From: Steroidobacteraceae bacterium | GTDB taxonomy: Bacteria > Pseudomonadota > Gammaproteobacteria > Steroidobacterales > Steroidobacteraceae | Assembly (NCBI GenBank): GCA_036561485.1 | Contig: DATBPG010000033.1 | Span: forward strand, 1 to 41,087 | DNA: 41,087 nucleotides | Direction of reading: 5' to 3' | Translations under genes and position numbers: made by a program | In this document: positions 1-7,275 of the stretch, piece after piece | How positions within the stretch are numbered: position 1 is the first letter of the stretch | Layout: the number at the start of each line of letters is the position of its first letter | Notes under the pieces: model-generated | Seen by the model: only the letters and a program-made list of their open reading frames with translations | What the model was told of the DNA's origin: nothing | The model's database searches: none

Positions 1-1
1 C

Positions 2-1147
2 GGCAGCAACGGCGGACTGCTCAACGATCTGTGGGAATACGAGCCGGCGGTCGGCCAGTGGGTCTGGATGAGCGGCTCATCCTCGTTCGGCAGTGCAGGC
101 AACTACGGCACGCAAGGCCAGGCGGCAGCCGCGAATGCGCCCGGCGCGCGTGAGGCGGCCAGCGCCTGGACCGATTCGACGGGCCAGCTGTGGCTGTTTG
201 GTGGACTGAGCGCTGGCAGCTCGAACGGCACGGCCCAGCTCAATGATCTGTGGCGATTCCAACCTGTCACGGGGCAATGGACCTGGATGGGCGGGTCCAA
301 CACCGCAAACCCGACCGGAAACTACGGTACGCAGGGTGTCGCAGCCAGCGGGAACGTACCACCGCCGCGCGGCTACGCCGTCACCTGGGTCGATAAGGCC
401 ACCGGCATCCTGTGGCTCTTTGGCGGCGAGCAGGTCGATTCTTCCGGCGTGTCGGCGCTCTTCAATGACCTCTGGCGCTACGACCCGACAACCAGGCTGT
501 GGACCTGGGTCAGTGGAGCGAGCTCGCCCAATGCAGCCGGCAGCTACGGCACTGAGGGCTCGGGCGCCACGACCGATGTGCCTGGATCGCGCGCGGCCGC
601 GATGGGCTGGATCGACAGCTCGGGCAATCTGTGGATGATGGGTGGCAGCGGCACGGATCAGGCCGGCAGTACCGGCCTGCTCAATGATCTGTGGCGCTAC
701 AGCCCTACCAGCGGGCAATGGACCTGGATGGGGGGAGCGGCGAGTGCGCGCGCGACCCCCGTCTACGGCTCGCAAGGCGTGGCCGCCGCGGCAAATGTGC
801 CGGGTGCGCGCGCTGCCGCCATGGCCTGGGTCGATACATCCGGCAACTTCTGGCTGTTGGGGGGCATTGGCTACGACCAGTCGGCAAATGTGAACGACCT
901 GAGCGATCTGTGGGAATACCAACCGGGTGTGGGCCAATGGACCTGGGTGAGCGGCTCGGCGCATGCCGCTGCCAGCGGTAACTACGACACGCCAGGTGTG
1001 GCAGCGTCGGGCAATCTACCCGGCGCGCGCGAGCAGGCCAGTGGTTGGCTCGACGGCCAGGGACAGCTGTGGCTGTTTGGCGGTTATGGTATCGATTCGC
1101 TCGGCTCGCAGGATGATCTGAACGATCTGTGGAGCTTCGCTCCCTAG
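2..1147 (+). CDS. Kelch / galactose-oxidase-type beta-propeller repeat protein (5' end lies outside the window)
   Basis: The frame is open to the left edge (codons from nt 2 read GSNGGLLNDLWEYEPAVGQWVW...), so the track ATG at 68 is internal. At least six ~58-aa units repeat the signature (L/F)NDLW.(Y/F).P..GQWTW..G, typical of Kelch blades. Third positions are strongly G/C. Confidence 0.8.
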   Translation, partial: GSNGGLLNDLWEYEPAVGQWVWMSGSSSFGSAGNYGTQGQAAAANAPGAREAASAWTDSTGQLWLFGGLSAGSSNGTAQLNDLWRFQPVTGQWTWMGGSNTANPTGNYGTQGVAASGNVPPPRGYAVTWVDKATGILWLFGGEQVDSSGVSALFNDLWRYDPTTRLWTWVSGASSPNAAGSYGTEGSGATTDVPGSRAAAMGWIDSSGNLWMMGGSGTDQAGSTGLLNDLWRYSPTSGQWTWMGGAASARATPVYGSQGVAAAANVPGARAAAMAWVDTSGNFWLLGGIGYDQSANVNDLSDLWEYQPGVGQWTWVSGSAHAAASGNYDTPGVAASGNLPGAREQASGWLDGQGQLWLFGGYGIDSLGSQDDLNDLWSFAP

Positions 1148-1159
1148 ACGCAGGGCTTG

Positions 1160-2068
1160 TCAGGTGCCGGAGACGCGGGTGCTTGTCGCGGCCACCCGCG
1201 TCGGGTCGCCATGCGCCGCAGCTGCAAAGGCGGCGAGCAGCAGATGGTGAGCGACCCACCAGCGCTGGCGCGAATCGAGCAGCACCAGCCACACGCGATG
1301 TCCCGACTGCTCGGCCAGTGCGATCAGGCAGCGCCCCGCCTGGGCGGTATAGCCGGTCTTCAGCCCCAGCACGCCCGGCATCTCGCCGAGCAGATGATTG
1401 GTGCTGCGAAAGCTCAGGTGCCGCACACGACGGCCGGATGCCGACTGCGCGACGATGGTGGCGTGCTCCTGTGAGACGATGGCGGCGATGCGTGGGTTGG
1501 CATGGGCCGCCTTTGCCAGGCGCAGCAGGTCGTTGACGGTCGAGTGCTGGCCAGGCTCGTCATAGCCGCACGGATGCACGAAGTTCGAATCGTGCATGCC
1601 GAGCTGCTCCGCACGAGCGTTCATGCGGGCAGCAAAGGCGGCCAGCGAGGGCGAGGAGTTCTCTACCAGCACCAGGCAGGCATCGTTGGCCGAGTGCATC
1701 AGCATGGCGGTCAGCGCATCCTGGGCGCGTACGCGATCGCCCGTGTGCAGCCCGACCCGGGAAGGCGTGGTATGCGCTGCCTCGTGGCTGACGGTCAGTA
1801 TCGCGTCCGGATTCCAGTTCGAGTCCAGCAGCACCAGCGCGGTCAGCAGCTTCGTCAGGGAGGCCGGGGCGCGCGGCGTATCGAGATTGCGGCTCCACAG
1901 CACATCGCCGTCCACGACGGTCGCGTATGCCACCGCGGCGAGCGGGTAGGGATTGCGATTCGGATCGGGATGAGCGTGGGTGTGATGCGGCTTGGCCCAG
2001 GCGCTGCTCACCATCGCCACACAGGCGATCAGCGCCAGCGCATACCGCCGTGCAGCCGGCGGCATCAT
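1160..2068 (-). CDS. D-alanyl-D-alanine carboxypeptidase/endopeptidase, peptidase S11 (low-molecular-weight PBP, PbpG-like)
   Basis: Signal peptide MMPPAARRYALALIACVAMVSSAWA. Carries the three PBP motifs: SxxK (ASLTKLLTA), SxN (HSANDA) and KTG (LKTGYT). Confidence 0.85.
   Translation of the reverse strand: MMPPAARRYALALIACVAMVSSAWAKPHHTHAHPDPNRNPYPLAAVAYATVVDGDVLWSRNLDTPRAPASLTKLLTALVLLDSNWNPDAILTVSHEAAHTTPSRVGLHTGDRVRAQDALTAMLMHSANDACLVLVENSSPSLAAFAARMNARAEQLGMHDSNFVHPCGYDEPGQHSTVNDLLRLAKAAHANPRIAAIVSQEHATIVAQSASGRRVRHLSFRSTNHLLGEMPGVLGLKTGYTAQAGRCLIALAEQSGHRVWLVLLDSRQRWWVAHHLLLAAFAAAAHGDPTRVAATSTRVSGT
1172..1202 (+). terminator. GC-rich stem-loop (10-bp perfect stem gacgcgggtg / cacccgcgtc, 11-nt loop) just downstream of the Kelch gene stop
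   Basis: The inverted repeat was read directly. It lies 25 nt after the TAG at 1145-1147 and inside the 3' end of the convergent peptidase gene. There is no U-tract. Confidence 0.3.
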
Positions 2069-2200
2069 CGAAGCTTCGAGGTCAAAGCCGGCTGGTGCCG
2101 GCGAGTGTTATTGCGCATGAACCTGTCAGCGCCTCCCGTCGTGCCGGAAGTCTAACGGCGCGTGCGCAGGTTGTGTAGGGATTTGTGATAGGAACTTGAA

Positions 2201-3397
2201 CTAGTGCGCGACACTGCTCGCTGCGCCCGGTGCGCCTGCGCCCCGCGCAGGCTGCGCATGAGTGTGCGGCAGATGATGGATGGTCAAGATACGGCCGCGC
2301 GCAGCGGGCGGTGAGGAGCCCGGGTGCGGGCTGGTTGATGCCGTGGCGGCCTTGCCGGTGGCCAGGGGCTGGACCAGAAGGGCGACGGGGGTTGCCGCAT
2401 CGAGCAGTTGCTTGCCGGTGCTGGCATCCACGCTGAAGTACCAGGGCTGGTTCGAGGCCTTGAGCACATAGTCGTTGGCGCCGGCTGGTTGCGAGATCAC
2501 CCAGCTCTGATCGGCATGCTGCATCCGATGCAGCGTCAGGGTGAGCAGCGGGTGTGCCTGCTGCCAGGCTGGCTGCGCACTGGTACCGAGCACGCCCTGC
2601 AGCCTCAGGTCCCCGATGCTGTGGCTGAGTGCCTCGACCTTCGCTTCATCGAGATGACGGCCCGCCGGCACATCGGCCGCGCTCCAGGTCGGCGTGGCCG
2701 CCGGGGCTGCCGGGGCTGCGGCAGGAGCCGGCTTGGCCGCTGTGCCGGGCTTGGCCGCTGTGCCGGGCTTGGCCGGGGCGCTCTGTCGCGCCAGGTGCAG
2801 GGCCCCCTGGGGCATCTGGATGTCCACGCCGGTGAGCTGGTCGGGCTGGCTCTCCAGCAGATCGTTGGCGAACCAGGAGCTCAGCTGTGTGGGCAGCTCG
2901 TAGGTCGCCAGCTCGACGCTATAGACGGCGTGGTCGCTGGCATTGCGCGCATCCGTGCGACGTGCCCCGGCAGAGCTGCCGAAATACAGCGTGCCCACCG
3001 TGTGCGAGCCCTGGCTGAGCGTCAGGCGACGCTCGAAGTCATCGTCCGCGAGCTTGAAGCGCTCCAGCGCCGATGAGCTGGTGGCGATGGGCAGGCCGCG
3101 ACGCAGGTCGGCGAGCTCGGAGAGCAGATCCTCGACTTTGAATTTGTCGGCCGGTGCGTTGAAGTAGCCTGGCAGTATCCACTGGCCGTTGCGCTTGGCG
3201 ATCTCCACGCGCTGCGGGGCACCTGCGTCCGCATGGCCCTCGAGCAGCAGCCGGTCGGCGCTCTGCGCCGCGGGACCGATCAGTGGAGACTGCGGTGGAA
3301 TGGAGGCCAGGGGGTTGCGGCGCATCGCCAGCAGGCCAGCCACACCCAGCTGCACCGCCAGCAGCACGATCAGCAGCGGAATCGAGCGGCGCATCAT
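2201..3397 (-). CDS. DUF4340-like membrane-anchored protein, third gene of the ABC/GldG module
   Basis: The track ORF 2201..3466 is trimmed to the ATGATG at 3397, which overlaps the upstream TGA by 1 nt. It has an N-terminal TM helix (SIPLLIVLLAVQLGVAGLLA) and a Pro/Ala/Lys-rich linker (AKPGTAAKPGTAAKPAPAAAPAAP). Position directly after a GldG-like gene is the usual DUF4340 context. The family call is from memory and has not been HMM-checked. Confidence 0.65.
   Translation of the reverse strand: MMRRSIPLLIVLLAVQLGVAGLLAMRRNPLASIPPQSPLIGPAAQSADRLLLEGHADAGAPQRVEIAKRNGQWILPGYFNAPADKFKVEDLLSELADLRRGLPIATSSSALERFKLADDDFERRLTLSQGSHTVGTLYFGSSAGARRTDARNASDHAVYSVELATYELPTQLSSWFANDLLESQPDQLTGVDIQMPQGALHLARQSAPAKPGTAAKPGTAAKPAPAAAPAAPAATPTWSAADVPAGRHLDEAKVEALSHSIGDLRLQGVLGTSAQPAWQQAHPLLTLTLHRMQHADQSWVISQPAGANDYVLKASNQPWYFSVDASTGKQLLDAATPVALLVQPLATGKAATASTSPHPGSSPPAARGRILTIHHLPHTHAQPARGAGAPGAASSVAH
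2701..2775 (-). repeat. In-frame tandem repeats encoding a Pro/Ala-rich linker (9-nt unit x2, then 18-nt unit gcttggccgctgtgccgg x2.5)
   Basis: Read directly: ccggggctg occurs twice (2701-2718), the 18-mer sits at 2731-2748 and 2749-2766, and a partial third copy runs to 2775. It translates as KPGTAA repeats on the minus strand. Confidence 0.85.
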
Positions 3398-6303
3398 CAA
3401 CCCTCCTGCAGCAGCTGCAGATGCCGCGCGGCCCGTCGTGCGCGCCGTCGCCGGTTCAGCGCCCACACCAGCGCCAGTGCGCCCAGGGCCACGCCGTAGT
3501 TGAGGTACTCCCAGAACTGTTCGGCGCCGCGACTCATGGGCGCGAGCGTGCGGGCAAACTGCTCGCGGCCGCGAATGCCCATCAGCGCCTGATCGGCGAG
3601 CGACCAGTCGGCGATGTTCTGCACGAACTGCACCGGCTTGTCATAGGTGCGGCCCAGCGCCTGTCCCAGGAGCTGCAGCACCTGATCGCTGAACATCGTG
3701 CTCGAGCCCACCAGGATCAGACGCGCCGAGGCGGGTGAGTGATCGATCACGCTGTCGATCGGCGGGGCGGGCGCAGCGGCTGCGGCTGTCGTGGCCGACA
3801 CCGGGGTGGCCTTGCTGCCGGATGCGCCGGGCGTGGGTGCTGGCGGCGGGCTGTCCGACGCTGCGCTGAGCAGTGGGGAGGGTTTGCCGGCGAAGGCTGA
3901 ATCGAAGCGTCCCTCGAGCATCACGGCCAGCGGGTGCGAGCCGATGGCACCGGTGGGGGCGACATCGAAGTCGGTGAGGTTGGTGGAGCTCGACACCCAG
4001 CTCTGCGGCGAGGAACGCAGCAGCACCGTGACCTTGCGACCCTGATTGCGGCGCGCGTCCACGACGATGGGCGCGGCCCAGGGCACATCGACCTGCTCCA
4101 GATCGCGCGTGATCGGATTGTCCGACAGCCCGGTACCGCGCACATCGACGATGTACGGGTAGCTTGCCAGCTCGAGCTCCTCGATCATCGCGCCGCCGAC
4201 GTTGCGGCGTACGGGGATGGGCAGAGCTCCGCTCTGGTGGTCGAGAACGAGTTCACGCTGCTCGGAGAGGCCATAGCGGCCCAGCCAGTCCGCCAGCCCG
4301 CTGCGGATCGGGCGCGCGCTGAGATTATCGCCGCTGGGGGCGACATCCTCGGGCGCGGTGGCCACGACGACCGTGCCGCCGCGCATGAGGAACTGATCGA
4401 TCGCAAACACCTGCTTCTGCTCGAGGCCCATGGGCTCGAGCACCATCAGCATGTCGGCATCGGCGGGAACGCGTCCGTCCTTCAGGTCAGTATCGAGCCA
4501 GCGCGCTGAGCCCGAGAGTGACTGGCGCAGCGTGGAGAAGCTCTCGCCACCGAGCCCCTCACTGAGGGCGGCGGCCGGCGGACTCACCACGGCCACCGTC
4601 TTGAGCAGACCGGGCGAGAAGCGCTTGACCACCGAGTCGATGGCGTCCTTCAGATGCGACTGGTCGAGATTGGAAGGCAGCGGCACCTGCTCGGTCTGAT
4701 GGCCGTCGCTCAAGGTCATGTAGAACCAGAATGGGTGCGCATCGTTGAGACTGAGCACCATGGGCCGAAAGCCGTAGTCATGGGAGAGCTCGCCGCTGAG
4801 CTTCTTGTCCTCATCCGGATCCTTGAACATCACCTGCAGCTTGCCGTGGGCCTGCTTCTGCAGCCCTGAGAGCACCCCATCGAGCGCGATGCGCGCGCTC
4901 TGCAGCTGCTGCGGGAGGTTCGAGCTGGCGGAAACGTAGCCGGTGAAGGTAAGCGGAGCGCGCAGAGCGTCGAAGACGCTGCCGCCGCCCTGGTAGCTCA
5001 GCAGGACCTTGCGGATCGCGCTGGTGATGGCGTACTCGGGATCCTTCAGCTCGACGTTGATGTGGCTCTCATCACGCGCCTTCACGTCGATCAGGTCGCG
5101 GAAGGTGAGCACCTGGTACTGATCGCCGTACGACACCAGGATATCGAAATAGGTATTCACCACCGAGGCGCGATACTTGCCTGCGACCTCGAAGGGAACC
5201 GGACGGATGTTGTAGCGGTCGGTGGCCTCGGCCTCGACCTTCGGATCCTCGTGCGGATCGACGAATTCGACGCGCACCCGGCGTCCGCCGGCCACGGCGT
5301 ATTCCTGCAGCAGATCGCGCAGCTGCGGCACCAGCGGCGCGAGCAGCGGATGTGTCGCGGCGCTGAAGTAACCGCGGATCAGCAGCGGCTCCTGCAGCTG
5401 CCCGAGGTAGCTGCGCGTTGCATCCGACAGTGTATAGAGCCGCCCCGAGGTCAGGTCGAGGCGCGCCGAGCCGATCTGCCCGAGCCAGAGGTTGGCTCCC
5501 AGCAGGTTGGCCCCCAGCAGCGCCGCGGCCGCATACCAGCCGCGATGGGCGGCGCGCGCGGGATTACCCGCCCAGCGCAGCCGCTCGAGCGAGAGGCGGT
5601 TCAGCACCAGAAACGTGGCGGTGATCGAGAAGTAGTAGTAGAGATCGCGCAGGTCGAGCACCCCGCGGGTGATCGAGGCGAAGCGCGACCCGGCGCCCAG
5701 ATCATGCAACCACTCGCCGGCGCGATAGCCCACCAGGTTCGTGAAGGTATCCGAGCCGATGAGGTAGAACGCCCCGGCGATCACCACGGTGAGGATCAGG
5801 CTGACGATCTGGTTGTCCGTGCGACTGGAGATCCACAGACCGATCGAGACGTAGGCGGCCGCCAGGCAGATTGCCGCGGCATAGCCGCCAATCACCGGAC
5901 CCCAGTCGAGCGGCCCGAGGAAGGACACACTGATTGGCAGCGGCAGCGTCAGCGCCAGTGCGATCAGCACCAGCACCAGCACGCCGAGGAACTTGCCGAG
6001 CACCTGCTCGGTGGGTGCGGTGGGCGAGGTCAGCAGCAGCTCGAGCGTGCCGGAGCGGCGCTCCTCGGCCCAGCTGCGCATGGTCAGCGCCGCGACGAGG
6101 AAGATCAGCAGCACCGGCATCCACTGGAACAGCGGGCGCACATCGGCGAGGTTGCGCTCGAAGAAGGCCGCCGCCCAGAAGAACACGAACAGCGTCACGC
6201 CGAGGAAGGCTGCCAGAAACAGCACGGCGGCCGGAGAGGCGAAGAAGCCGGTGAGCTCCTTGCCGGCGATACGGGCGATCTTACGCAGCACGGGCCACCT
6301 CAC
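3397..6303 (-). CDS. Fused ABC-2 type permease (GldF-like) plus GldG-like auxiliary (ABC_transp_aux) protein
   Basis: The ~240-aa N-terminus has multiple TM helices and the ABC-2 style start RKIARIAGKELTGFFASPAAVLFL. A large extracytoplasmic domain follows, then a low-complexity PAPTPGASGS... stretch and a C-terminal TM (YLNYGVALGALALVWAL). The GTG start at 6303 (or GTG at 6291) overlaps the ATPase gene end. Confidence 0.8.
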   Translation of the reverse strand: MRWPVLRKIARIAGKELTGFFASPAAVLFLAAFLGVTLFVFFWAAAFFERNLADVRPLFQWMPVLLIFLVAALTMRSWAEERRSGTLELLLTSPTAPTEQVLGKFLGVLVLVLIALALTLPLPISVSFLGPLDWGPVIGGYAAAICLAAAYVSIGLWISSRTDNQIVSLILTVVIAGAFYLIGSDTFTNLVGYRAGEWLHDLGAGSRFASITRGVLDLRDLYYYFSITATFLVLNRLSLERLRWAGNPARAAHRGWYAAAALLGANLLGANLWLGQIGSARLDLTSGRLYTLSDATRSYLGQLQEPLLIRGYFSAATHPLLAPLVPQLRDLLQEYAVAGGRRVRVEFVDPHEDPKVEAEATDRYNIRPVPFEVAGKYRASVVNTYFDILVSYGDQYQVLTFRDLIDVKARDESHINVELKDPEYAITSAIRKVLLSYQGGGSVFDALRAPLTFTGYVSASSNLPQQLQSARIALDGVLSGLQKQAHGKLQVMFKDPDEDKKLSGELSHDYGFRPMVLSLNDAHPFWFYMTLSDGHQTEQVPLPSNLDQSHLKDAIDSVVKRFSPGLLKTVAVVSPPAAALSEGLGGESFSTLRQSLSGSARWLDTDLKDGRVPADADMLMVLEPMGLEQKQVFAIDQFLMRGGTVVVATAPEDVAPSGDNLSARPIRSGLADWLGRYGLSEQRELVLDHQSGALPIPVRRNVGGAMIEELELASYPYIVDVRGTGLSDNPITRDLEQVDVPWAAPIVVDARRNQGRKVTVLLRSSPQSWVSSSTNLTDFDVAPTGAIGSHPLAVMLEGRFDSAFAGKPSPLLSAASDSPPPAPTPGASGSKATPVSATTAAAAAPAPPIDSVIDHSPASARLILVGSSTMFSDQVLQLLGQALGRTYDKPVQFVQNIADWSLADQALMGIRGREQFARTLAPMSRGAEQFWEYLNYGVALGALALVWALNRRRRARRAARHLQLLQEG

Positions 6304-7255
6304 TGCCGCGGCCAGCGGCGCCCGAGATCGTCAGGCCGGCATTCATGTCTGCGAATACCGCCTCCAGGGTGCGCTGCTCGCGCAGCAGCCCAAACAGAGC
6401 GAAGCCGGCCGCGTGCACGGCGCGCGCCACCTCGGGGGTCGCTGCCTCCTCGGCGGAGAGCGCGTACTGGTAGCGCGCGGCGGAGCTGCCCGGCAACGTC
6501 GCGTGCAGCTTCACGGCGCTTACGCCCGGCACGGCCGAGAGGATCGGCCGCGCCCGCATCTCATCGGCATCGAGCGTCACCAGCAAGCGTGCATCCTGCT
6601 GCAGCTCGGCGAGACGTGCATCGACCACCTTGCGGCCGGCCCGCAGGATCAGCACACGCTCGCACACCGCCTGCACTTCCTGCAGGATGTGCGTGGAGAC
6701 GATGACGGTGGCGCTCCTGGCCAGATCGCGGATGAGTTCGCGCATGTGCAGGATCTGCGTGGGATCCAGGCCATTGGTGGGCTCATCCAGAATGATGATG
6801 TCCGGGGAATGCAGGATGGCCTGCGCCACCCCGACGCGCTGGCGATAACCGCGCGACAGGGTGCTGATCGACTGCGTGACCCGATCGGTCAGCGCGGTGC
6901 GCCGGATGGCCGCGATGATCGAGCTCGCGCGGCGCTTCTCGGGCACATCGTGCAGCAGCGCCTGATACTCCAGGAACTCCAGCACGCTCATCTCGGGCCA
7001 GGTGGGACAATTCTCGGGCAGGTAACCGATGCGCCGCTGGATCGCGGCAGTGTCGGGGCCCATGGTCAGCTCATCGATGCGGATCGAGCCGCTGGTCGGT
7101 TCGAGAAATCCCGTCAGCATGCGCATGATGGTGGTCTTGCCCGCGCCGTTGTGGCCGAGCAGGCCGATCACCTCGCCGCGCTCGATGCGAAAGCTCACGT
7201 CGTCCACCGCCGCGAAGCTGCCGTAGCGGCGCGTCAGGTTGTCGATCTTGATCAT
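6281..7255 (-). CDS. ABC transporter ATP-binding protein (GldA-like)
   Basis: The track ORF 6281..7552 is trimmed to the ATG at 7255 (MIKIDNLTRRYG). Walker A is GHNGAGKTT, the ABC signature is LSRGYRQR, and Walker B is IIILDEPT. Confidence 0.9.
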   Translation of the reverse strand: MIKIDNLTRRYGSFAAVDDVSFRIERGEVIGLLGHNGAGKTTIMRMLTGFLEPTSGSIRIDELTMGPDTAAIQRRIGYLPENCPTWPEMSVLEFLEYQALLHDVPEKRRASSIIAAIRRTALTDRVTQSISTLSRGYRQRVGVAQAILHSPDIIILDEPTNGLDPTQILHMRELIRDLARSATVIVSTHILQEVQAVCERVLILRAGRKVVDARLAELQQDARLLVTLDADEMRARPILSAVPGVSAVKLHATLPGSSAARYQYALSAEEAATPEVARAVHAAGFALFGLLREQRTLEAVFADMNAGLTISGAAGRGSEVARAA

Positions 7256-7275
7256 GGATGCACCCTGTCTCTGCG

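Noticed and set aside
1583-1591. GTTCGAATC, a tRNA T-arm-like string
   Set aside because: It lies inside the DD-peptidase coding frame, and the flanking sequence cannot be folded into acceptor, D and anticodon arms. I found no tRNA or rRNA genes anywhere in the window.
2701-2775. Short tandem repeats (also at 31102..31137) considered as CRISPR-like or VNTR elements
   Set aside because: There are only 2-2.5 contiguous copies with no spacers. Unit lengths are multiples of 3 and in frame within coding sequence. They encode low-complexity linkers and are not CRISPR arrays.
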